In this document: positions 7,353 to 14,964 of the stretch, one piece after another
Layout of the letters: each line of letters begins with the position of its first letter
How positions within the stretch are numbered: the stretch's first letter is position 1
Origin: Candidatus Odinarchaeota archaeon
Lineage (GTDB): Archaea; Asgardarchaeota; Baldrarchaeia; Baldrarchaeales; DXJG01
NCBI GenBank assembly: GCA_021158895.1
Contig: JAGGSW010000063.1
Span: forward strand, 1-15,581
Reading direction: 5' to 3'
DNA: 15,581 nt
Notes under the pieces: generated by a model
What the model was told of the DNA's origin: nothing
Databases searched by the model: none
What the model saw: only the letters and a program-made list of their open reading frames with translations
Made by a program: the position numbers and the translations under genes

Positions 7353-7427
7353 GCACAAGCTCTGCAACATTATTTCAAGTGTAGCAGTACCATTAATCTT
7401 ACATAAAAAATATAAAGAGGGCATAAG

Positions 7428-8613
7428 GTGTCCTACTTACTTAAAAATGTTGGTTTTAAAGGTTATGTTAGATCCGATGGAAATGTTGGTGTTAGAAATT
7501 ATGTTCTTGTTATTCCTACTGTTGTCTGCAGTTCTTATGCTGCCAAGGAAATTTCTAATGCTGTAAACGGGTCTACCTATATTCTTCATCAGCATGGTTG
7601 TGCTCAAAGCTGGAGCGGATCTTGAGCAAACTTTTAGAATTCTTTCTGGTTTCGGCAAAAACCCTAATGTTGCAAGTGTTCTTCTTGTTGCTTTAGGTTG
7701 TGAAGCTATTTCATGTGAAAAGCTTGCCGATGAGATTTCTAAGTCAGGTAAGCCTGTTGAAACCTAACTATTCAAGAAGAAAACGGACTCAAAGAAACCG
7801 TAGAGAAGGGAGTAAATATTGTTAGAAAATTTGTTGAAGAAGCTTCTCACCTTAGAAGAGAGGAAGTTGATTTAAGTGGCTTGGTTGTTGCTGTTGAATG
7901 CGGTGGTTCCGATTGGACTTCTGGTATAGCTTCAAACCCAGCTGTTGGCTATGCAGCAGACCTCATAATTGATAATGGTGGTCGTGTTGTTTTTTCTGAA
8001 ACAACGGAAATTATTGGTGGAGAACATATTTTAGCTAAACGATGTATCAACGATAAGGTTAAAGAGAAACTGTTTAAGGCTGTTTCCAGAGTCATCGAAA
8101 GAGCTAAACGAGAGGGTATTGATTTAATTGGTACTAATCCTTCCCCGGGGAACATCAAGGGCGGTCTTTCCACTATTGAAGAAAAGTCTCTTGGTGCTAT
8201 TCTTAAATCTGGATCAAAACCAATTATCGATATCTTAGAATATGGTGAAGAGATTCCTAAAGAGAAGGGTTGCTATTTTATGGATACTCCTGGACAAGAT
8301 GTGAAGTCTATTTGTGGTATGGTTTCTGGCGGAGCCCAGCTTGTCATTTTTACTACTCGTCGAGGTACACCGACTGGAAATCCTATCGCCCCAGTAATTA
8401 AAGTCACAAGCAACCCTGACACCTTTAAGAAAATGCCAGATATTATCGATATATATATATGTAGGAATCATAGAGAAGAAAGAAACCGTGGAAGAAGCTG
8501 GGAAAAGAATTTTTGAAACAACTCTCGAAGTTGCTTCCGGCCTCAGAACACGTTCAGAAATAAACAAAAACAAAGAATTTGCGATTTTTAGGACTGATTC
8601 ACATATTAGTTAA
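7428..8613 (+). pseudogene. UxaA-family dehydratase large subunit, disrupted by three frameshifts
   Basis: The UxaA-like sequence can be followed across three frames. First comes GFKGYVRSDGNVGVRNYVLVIPTVVCS...HQHGCAQ, with a shift at about 7606-7609. Next comes AGADLEQTFRILSGFGKNPNVASVLLVALGCE...GKPVET, with a shift at about 7762-7767. Then TIQEENGL...VVAVECGGSDWTSG...MPDIIDI, with a shift within (AT)6 at 8449-8460. The last segment is VGIIEKKETVEEAGKRIFETTLEVASG...EFAIFR, ending at the stop at 8611-8613. Confidence 0.8.
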
Positions 8614-8634
8614 CTATAAATTTTATGCATCATT

Positions 8635-8994
8635 TCATATTTTTTCTCGCATTTCTAGGATAAAATTCAGAAACCTCTTAGCGTTTTCTCTAGGAGAAGA
8701 TTTTAAATCCGTTATATTATCTTCAATAACATGATCCTCGGATTTAAAATGGATATGTCTTGGAAATGATTTTAGGCTTCGATGATGTGGTGCTGTGTCT
8801 ATTCTTATTATTCTACTACCTTTCTGCCAATGCAAAGAATATTCTCTTACTGTTGGATATCTTATTTCAATAAAACTACCATCATCTAGTAGAATGCGCA
8901 ATTTCCTCCTTATTATGACTGGATCACTAATAATGACATGACCGAACTCTTTCTTTATAAGTTCTTTAATTTCTTTGAGGATTTTAATGCTCAA
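8635..8994 (-). CDS. DUF6516/TumE-like protein, a putative toxin component
   Basis: 119 aa. The motif YSLHWQKGSRIIRIDTAPHHRSLKSFPRHIHF matches my recollection of the DUF6516 signature (hW....RyDnaPHh......PhHkH). As I recall, this family is annotated as 'toxin-antitoxin system TumE family'. The TTG start forms a TTGA overlap with the stop of the upstream small gene. Confidence 0.55.
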   Translation of the reverse strand: MSIKILKEIKELIKKEFGHVIISDPVIIRRKLRILLDDGSFIEIRYPTVREYSLHWQKGSRIIRIDTAPHHRSLKSFPRHIHFKSEDHVIEDNITDLKSSPRENAKRFLNFILEMREKI

Positions 8995-9248
8995 ATCAAT
9001 TCCTCAAACTGTTTTTTTAACGATTCTCTAAGCAATTTCAAGTCTTCTTCTAAGCTTTTAGCTTCAAGGTAGTCTTCGTAGGTTGGATGTTCAGGCAATT
9101 CTCCTCTTTCAATTTTTTTTAGGATCTCTAATGACGATTTAACATTGTAGCTAGATAAAATTTCATCAAGCATTTCCCTTAGCCTAAAATATTCACTTAA
9201 ATCTCTCAAAATGTAAATCTCTCTTAGCTTTATGTCACTAGTATCCAT
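8991..9248 (-). CDS. Small helical protein, putative partner or antitoxin of the DUF6516-like protein
   Basis: The start is taken at the ATG at 9248 (MDTSDIKLREIY...), giving 85 aa (258 nt including the stop), with GGGTG about 8 nt upstream. The 25 extra N-terminal codons in the ORF track are probably not translated. The sequence looks helical and charged (ERGELPEHPTYEDYLEAKSLEEDLKLLRESLKKQFEEL). Its stop overlaps the downstream start by 4 nt. I did not recognise a family. Confidence 0.5.
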   Translation of the reverse strand: MDTSDIKLREIYILRDLSEYFRLREMLDEILSSYNVKSSLEILKKIERGELPEHPTYEDYLEAKSLEEDLKLLRESLKKQFEELI

Positions 9249-9452
9249 CTTCAACACCCTTATAGGACTGAATGATAAATACATTAACAAGCATTTTCGC
9301 AATAAATTGATTTCACAGCACATTCAAACTTAGCGACATCAAATAAAATAAGCCGAACGTACATTTAAGTATATAACATTCTAACCTTAACCTGCAAATG
9401 AAGTTTCCTCGTTTCAATATTAAACTTATAAACTAGCTATCACTGAGATCTC

Positions 9453-10121
9453 TCAAATGGCAAGAAATTTTTGTTTTATTTTTTCCACTAGGTGCAGTTT
9501 CTGTAGCATATTAAATGTTTTTGTATGTTTTCCAATCTTAATGAATTCTACTAAGTCCTCAGGTTTGTCTATGTCGAGAGCTATTCTAGGGTTTCTATAA
9601 ACTCTAAAGTGTATGTTGTTTGTTAGTGCTGTTTTTCGATGTTTCTCAAAGCTTCTAACTCCGTACCTGGTTGGAATTATGTTTGGGGGCCGTCTAAATA
9701 AGAGGTTTGTGCCAAAGCCGTCTTTTGAAGGTGAAATTACTACCACTTTTTTTGAATTTTCGCCCATGGAGATTGCTTCATCTATGTCTTCAGGTTTAAT
9801 TAATGGGATGTCGATGGGGACTATTGTAACATTTTTTGCGCCCATTTTCATGCAGCAATTCGTTGCTATCGTTAATGATTCATTTAGTTCTTTGCCACTA
9901 TCGTGTAACGTCTTTATTCCGAGGTCTTTGGCCTTTGTAAGAACCTCGTTATCGCTAGTGATTACAATTATGTGATCCAGACTCTTTGAATGGATTAAAG
10001 CGTTCACAACATCTTCAAACATGGTTAAGCATAGTAAATATCTTTCTTGTTCTTCTAGCAGTGGTGAAAGTCTGTGCTTTGCTTTACTCAAATTCTTCAC
10101 AGGGATAAGTGCAAATGACAA
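9453..10121 (-). CDS. cofC: 2-phospho-L-lactate (or PEP) guanylyltransferase CofC, F420 biosynthesis
   Basis: The N-terminus (M)SFALIPVKNLSKAKHRLSPLL is the classic CofC/FbiD start. DIPLIKPEDID, GTNLLFRRPP and F.V.......ALDIDKPEDL are also present. 222 aa, TTG start. Confidence 0.85.
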   Translation of the reverse strand: MSFALIPVKNLSKAKHRLSPLLEEQERYLLCLTMFEDVVNALIHSKSLDHIIVITSDNEVLTKAKDLGIKTLHDSGKELNESLTIATNCCMKMGAKNVTIVPIDIPLIKPEDIDEAISMGENSKKVVVISPSKDGFGTNLLFRRPPNIIPTRYGVRSFEKHRKTALTNNIHFRVYRNPRIALDIDKPEDLVEFIKIGKHTKTFNMLQKLHLVEKIKQKFLAI

Positions 10122-10233
10122 GCTATCACAGCTCCATTGTAATGATATGCTATTTTAAGGCCAAGCTACCAACTGTTAATCTCTGTGAACATAATATGTT
10201 TTCACTAACTTGATTTAGATTAAAGTTTAATTG

Positions 10234-11490
10234 TTAAATCCAGCCAAGTGATTTCATGGCGCCAACTATTCGATTTATCGAAGTAATATATGCTCCAGTT
10301 CTCATATCAACATTATACTTATTTGAAACTTCATAAACATCGTTAAAGGCATTTACCATTATTGTTTTCAATTTGTCGTCAACTTCTTTTTCAGACCAGT
10401 AATAACCCATCCGATTTTGAACCCATTCAAAATAGCTAACCACTACGCCGCCTGCATTGGCTAAAATATCTGGAACAATGAAAACACCTTTTTCACTAAG
10501 TATTTTATCGGCTTCAGGAGTTGTCGGACCATTTGCTCCCTCTATTATCATTTTTGCCTTAACATTGCCAGCGTTTTTCTCTGTAATTTGCCCTTCAAGT
10601 GCGGCTGGAATTAGAATGTCGCAATCAACAGTTAACGGATCCTCCCTCGATATTATTTCGGCCTCAGAATATTTTGTAACACTTCCCTCTTTCCTTTTTA
10701 CTTCCATTACTTTATAGATGTTAAGTCCATCAGGATTGTAAATTCCACCTTTAGAGTTGCTAACAGCAACTATTTTACTACCGAGCTCGTAAAAGAACTT
10801 TGCAGCATTAAACGCCACATTACCAAAACCCTGAATGGAAACTCTTGCATCTTTAAGACTTACATTCAATTTACTCGCAGCTTCTAAGCCGATGAAGAAA
10901 ACACCTCTTCCAGTAGCTTCTCCTCTACCTCCTGAGCCACCAATACTTAACGGTTTACCAGTAACTACACCAGGTACAACTTTGCCTACCACTTTATTAT
11001 ACTCGTCTAAAAACCAAGCCATAACTTGAGCATCAGTATTTACATCGGGAGCAGGAATATCTATATCCGGACCAATAAAAGGTGCAAGAGCCTTTGCATA
11101 TTCACGTGTCAAAACCTCAAGTTCCCTTCTCGACATCTCTTTGGGATTACATTTAACTCCTCCTTTCGAACCGCCATAGGGAATATTCACAACGGCTGTT
11201 TTCAACATCATTAATGCTGCAAGAGCTTTAACTTCATCGAGATTCACATCTGGATGATAACGAAAACCCCCCTTCATAGGGCCTCTAGCGTCGTTAAATT
11301 GCACACGATAAGCTGTAAACACCCTTGTTTTACCGTTATCCATTCTTACTGGAATAGAGACAATAATCGTTCTTTTCGGCTTACTGAGAATTTCAACTAC
11401 TTCTGGAGCTAAATCTATAATCTCCGCTACATGTCTTAGTTTTCCTAGATATTGATCGAAAAAGGATTGCTGAATTTGAAACTCGCCCAT
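10234..11490 (-). CDS. gdhA: Glutamate dehydrogenase (Glu/Leu/Phe/Val dehydrogenase family)
   Basis: Catalytic-Lys motif NIPYGGSKGGVKCNP. Dinucleotide fold VSIQGFGNVAFNAA. Further matches GPDIDIPAPDVNT and ANAGGVVVSYFEWVQN. The start is taken at the ATG at 11490, preceded by GGAG. The GTG at 11502 in the ORF track would add 4 codons. Confidence 0.95.
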   Translation of the reverse strand: MGEFQIQQSFFDQYLGKLRHVAEIIDLAPEVVEILSKPKRTIIVSIPVRMDNGKTRVFTAYRVQFNDARGPMKGGFRYHPDVNLDEVKALAALMMLKTAVVNIPYGGSKGGVKCNPKEMSRRELEVLTREYAKALAPFIGPDIDIPAPDVNTDAQVMAWFLDEYNKVVGKVVPGVVTGKPLSIGGSGGRGEATGRGVFFIGLEAASKLNVSLKDARVSIQGFGNVAFNAAKFFYELGSKIVAVSNSKGGIYNPDGLNIYKVMEVKRKEGSVTKYSEAEIISREDPLTVDCDILIPAALEGQITEKNAGNVKAKMIIEGANGPTTPEADKILSEKGVFIVPDILANAGGVVVSYFEWVQNRMGYYWSEKEVDDKLKTIMVNAFNDVYEVSNKYNVDMRTGAYITSINRIVGAMKSLGWI

Positions 11491-11794
11491 TTTTAACTCC
11501 ACTCTTTTAAACCTTTCGTTTAATGAAATGTACTTTAACTTAAATATGTATTCTCCTTTGTATTAAAGTTCTTTTCTGCAAATTATAAAGAAATACGGTT
11601 TCGATCTCGATGAGATTTGACCACCGAACAGGAAGTACCAGTGCTGAACTTCTCTAAGGTTTAAACTGGATTTTGCTTTTCGAAGCGTATAAGCAGTGTT
11701 CTAAAAGTAGTACAGATCGTTCAAATCGTTAGAAATATCTTAAACTAATTACTATATTACAATTCAGAAATTAACCGTAAACAGGGTAAAAATT

Positions 11795-12701
11795 GTGAAG
11801 CTACCTTCTAAACTTCTAAAGATACTAGTTTCTTCAACTATTGTTACGTTGTTAGCTGGTGGAACACTGTCCTTAATTATTAAAATGCAGTTGACCACCT
11901 AGTCTTATAATTCTGCTTGCCTTACGATAAATGAGGTAGGGGTTTTATACATGGGTTATGATTCACATGAAGCATTACTTCCCGGAGAAAGTCCAGAACC
12001 AGTATTAGTGAGAAAACCTTACATATATTTTCATGCTGCAAACACTCCAGTTGTCTTAAATATCAGTATAACCTTCCCTAAAGGACAACCGCTTACAACA
12101 ATACCTGAAGCAAAGAAAAACGGAAGCTTAATCACTTGGGAAAAAGTAAAGGTTACACCCCAAGACAATGATATTGAATATCAGGGAGAAAAGTTTCCAT
12201 ATCTTTTCTACGAAGGTAAAACTAACTACTGTAACCCGCTAAAAGTGGAAATTATAGTTGATGATCAAACTGTCACATTTAAGGTTAAAAATCTCGCCGA
12301 TATAACCATTAAACATATTTTCCTTATATGTAAACCCACAAACTACCTATCATCGGGATTTGCTTACACATGGCTTAAAGAACTTGAACCAAACAGACAG
12401 AAAAAATAACAGTTGCAATAACAAACATCAGCAATGTAGATATCGCTGAAATTTCGGAAAAAGTTCGTAAAAAACATGGTAGAAGAAGGAATCCGGGAAG
12501 AAGAGGCTAAAAAGTAGTAGAAGAATGGATTAATTACTGGTTATACCCTACAAATACTTTCTTCATACACACAATCTATAGATACCAAGAGAATTATTAG
12601 ATGAACTTATTCCAATGCTGGTGGAGATTCCAACAGATATTAATCTTAAAATTCACCGATATATATGGGCACTCATACAAACAATCAGAATAGACTTCTA
12701 A
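11795..12701 (+). pseudogene. Decayed gene for an N-terminally membrane-anchored or secreted protein of unknown function
   Basis: The GTG at 11795 opens a signal-anchor-like segment (KLPSKLLKILVSSTIVTLLAGGTLSLII). It is cut by an in-frame TAG at 11900-11902, and the same frame continues into the 152-aa ORF at 11951-12409. Protein-like sequence then continues in alternating frames: EKITVAITNISNVDIAEISEKVRKK, then MVEEGIREEEAKK, then VVEEWINYWLYPTNTFFIHTIYR, then IPRELLDELIPMLVEIPTDINLKIHRYIWALIQTIRIDF*. The switches fall at A-runs 12401-12406, 12469-12474 and 12509-12513, and near 12576-12585. Confidence 0.45.
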
Positions 12702-12728
12702 CATTTCGATAATTAAATATTTCACCTC

Positions 12729-13961
12729 TTATTTGGTTTCTCGAATTTTTAAAAGAATTATTGAAATTGCAAGCAACAATGTTATCGTCGCAATTAAATA
12801 CGGGGCATTCGGTCCGATAAGAGAATATATTAGGCCTGTAGCCAACGTGACAACACTAGACACCACGTTGATTATTAAACCCTCTATGGAATTTACTCGA
12901 CCCCTTAATTCTAAGGGGACCAGATCAGTAATTATGGTGGTGATCGCAGTAAAATAAACAAAATTACCAATCGACATCAAACTTACAGCAATTAAAGCCA
13001 AGATAAACGGTTTAAAGACCATGTAGGGTGCAGCAAATAGTAGAAAACAACTGAACAAAGAAAAAAGCGTAGAAATCACCAAAATAGGTTTACGACCAAT
13101 CTTATCTATTAAAAAACCGAAAGGCACAAGGAAAAGGAGAGCGAGAAAATGGCTAAAGCTAGAAATATAACCCCAGCCGATTTCACTTACCCCGAGAAAA
13201 ACAACAGAGTAAATGGAGGTTAAAAAAGTCATAGATAATGCTATGTTTGCTGTAACATCTACCAAGACAACATATAACAATTTTTCTTTCACAAAGTGCA
13301 GCGCAACTCTATAGGCTTCCCCAAATTTTAAGATTTTATCATCCAAAGTTTCATGTTTCAGCAGTGTCTCTTTCAAGAAAACTCCTCTTATTGTAGCTGC
13401 TGTTACCCCGGAAACAAAGCATAGAAAATATATGAGTCGAATTGCAGGGACAAATGTGTATCGAGAAATAAAGTAGATGGCAAAAAGTGGTGAAAACGAG
13501 GAGATAATATCAGGTAAAAAGTGATACAGAGAGAATAATTTACCACGTAACTCTTTTGGTGTAGAATCTGCCTCAATGCTCCACAAAGCAGGCTGATATA
13601 GTAATGCAACATTGGATAGAAAAGCAGCTATAACAAGCCATGTCCAATCTGGCGCATATGCGTAAATAAGAAAGGAAAAACTAAATAACCCAGTCATATA
13701 CACGACAATCTTCTTTCGACCATATTTATCCGCCACATAACCCCCTAAAATTCTTGAAAAACCTAAAGTTATTGTTGAAACAAAGGAAATCGCACCTAAA
13801 ATTACAGGAGTTGCTCCAAGTTCATATGCATATAGTTGAAAATAGGGGTCAGCCATTGATTGAAAAGGACCCCAAACAATCCAGCTCAAAATGAGCCCAA
13901 AAACATTCCACTTATAAATTCTCCTCAAATACTCATCATAGCGATCCTCAAATTCGCTCAT
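12729..13961 (-). CDS. MFS-type transporter, substrate unknown
   Basis: 410-aa hydrophobic protein with about 12 TM stretches. MFS loop motifs GGYVADKYGRKK and IDKIGRKP are present. It shares this two-loop motif pattern with the transporter at 2472-3743. Confidence 0.85.
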   Translation of the reverse strand: MSEFEDRYDEYLRRIYKWNVFGLILSWIVWGPFQSMADPYFQLYAYELGATPVILGAISFVSTITLGFSRILGGYVADKYGRKKIVVYMTGLFSFSFLIYAYAPDWTWLVIAAFLSNVALLYQPALWSIEADSTPKELRGKLFSLYHFLPDIISSFSPLFAIYFISRYTFVPAIRLIYFLCFVSGVTAATIRGVFLKETLLKHETLDDKILKFGEAYRVALHFVKEKLLYVVLVDVTANIALSMTFLTSIYSVVFLGVSEIGWGYISSFSHFLALLFLVPFGFLIDKIGRKPILVISTLFSLFSCFLLFAAPYMVFKPFILALIAVSLMSIGNFVYFTAITTIITDLVPLELRGRVNSIEGLIINVVSSVVTLATGLIYSLIGPNAPYLIATITLLLAISIILLKIRETK

Positions 13962-14037
13962 AGCCTTAGTTAATTTTCACTTACTTAAAAATATTTTGAA
14001 AGATCTAGCAAGGTGTATGTTACACGTTTATAAATCC

Positions 14038-14964
14038 TTAGAGACCTATACAGTTCAAGGCTTCTTTTGCGAGTTTAATTTTATTTTCTAGTGTTTTCAT
14101 TATGGTGTTTGTTACGTGTACTTTTACTCCAATCTCTTCTATTTTAGGTTTTAAGTCTCTATCAACGTTGTCAATAACGAGTGCGTCAAGGAAGTTTTTG
14201 TAGATTTTTGCTATTCCTAGGGCTGAGACCTCGATGCCTAAGCCTCGCATTAACTTGTCTGCGGGTCCCTTTATTGGGGCTCCTCCAACAATGGGGCTGA
14301 TAGCTACAATTTTTGCTTTAGTTTTCTTTAAGGCTTCTTTTACACCTTTAATAGATAGGATAGGACCTATACTTACAATGGGGTTGCTTGGACATATAAT
14401 AATTCCATCAGCATTTAATATTGCTTCAATTACTCCTGGAGCTGGTTCAGCTCTTTCTATTCCTTCAAACTTCACATCTAAAACAGGGTCTTGTGCTTTT
14501 CTTTTAACCAAATATTCTTGGAAATGCATTTCACCAACATTAGTAACAATTTTCGTTTGAACCTTGTCGTTTGTCATTGGGATAATTTTTACCTTAACTC
14601 CTAGGGCTTTTCGAATTTTTTCTGTCACTTCTGAAAGCTTCAATCCGCTTTTTAATAGCAGTGTTCTGTGAATGTGAGTTGCTAAGTCTTTGTCTCCAAG
14701 CATAAACCACGTTTCATAACCATATTTTCTAAGCATGTCTAAGCAATTGAAGGTGTCTCCACGCATCCCCCAACCCTTTTCTTCATCAACAATTCCGGCG
14801 AGAGTGTAGGTCACTATGTCAACGTCAGGAGAAATATGTAAACCGTAAAATTCTATGTCATCTCCCGTATTAACTATTGTAACAATTTCTTCAGGTGGGA
14901 CAACATGAACTAGTCCTTGTAGAAATCTTGCAGCACCTACTCCTCCAGCTAGCGTGGTTATCAT
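14038..14964 (-). CDS. cofD: 2-phospho-L-lactate transferase CofD (LPPG:FO transferase), F420 biosynthesis
   Basis: The N-terminus MITTLAGGVGAARFLQGL is the CofD glycine-rich signature. TGDD, GDxD.ATH and PSNP are also present. The start is taken at the ATG at 14964, preceded by GGGAGG, forming a TAATG stop/start overlap with the upstream nitroreductase gene. The TTG at 14979 is the ORF-track alternative. Confidence 0.9.
   Translation of the reverse strand: MITTLAGGVGAARFLQGLVHVVPPEEIVTIVNTGDDIEFYGLHISPDVDIVTYTLAGIVDEEKGWGMRGDTFNCLDMLRKYGYETWFMLGDKDLATHIHRTLLLKSGLKLSEVTEKIRKALGVKVKIIPMTNDKVQTKIVTNVGEMHFQEYLVKRKAQDPVLDVKFEGIERAEPAPGVIEAILNADGIIICPSNPIVSIGPILSIKGVKEALKKTKAKIVAISPIVGGAPIKGPADKLMRGLGIEVSALGIAKIYKNFLDALVIDNVDRDLKPKIEEIGVKVHVTNTIMKTLENKIKLAKEALNCIGL

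Noticed and set aside
6372-7388. Short repeats flank the inserted cassette. ACTGCTACA at 6372-6380 matches its reverse complement TGTAGCAGT at 7380-7388. The motifs CTGCTAC, TATTTC and TGCAACA are shared between 6478-6499 and 7363-7387.
   Set aside because: The exact matches are only 7-9 nt in AT-rich intergenic DNA. Matches of this length are expected by chance when a ~230-nt flank is compared with a ~75-nt flank. They are not positioned as clean terminal inverted repeats or target-site duplications, so they are not sufficient to call element ends.
11617-11899. A 9-nt direct repeat TTGACCACC occurs at 11617-11625 and 11891-11899.
   Set aside because: This is a single 9-mer pair. Many such pairs are expected by chance in a 15.6-kb window, and no associated structure or element was seen.
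11900-11902. The in-frame TAG between the signal-anchor segment and the 152-aa ORF could be read as pyrrolysine or programmed readthrough.
   Set aside because: TAG is used as an ordinary stop elsewhere in the window, for example in the uxaA small subunit at 6316-6318. The same gene also carries multiple frameshifts, so a nonsense mutation in a pseudogene is the simpler reading.
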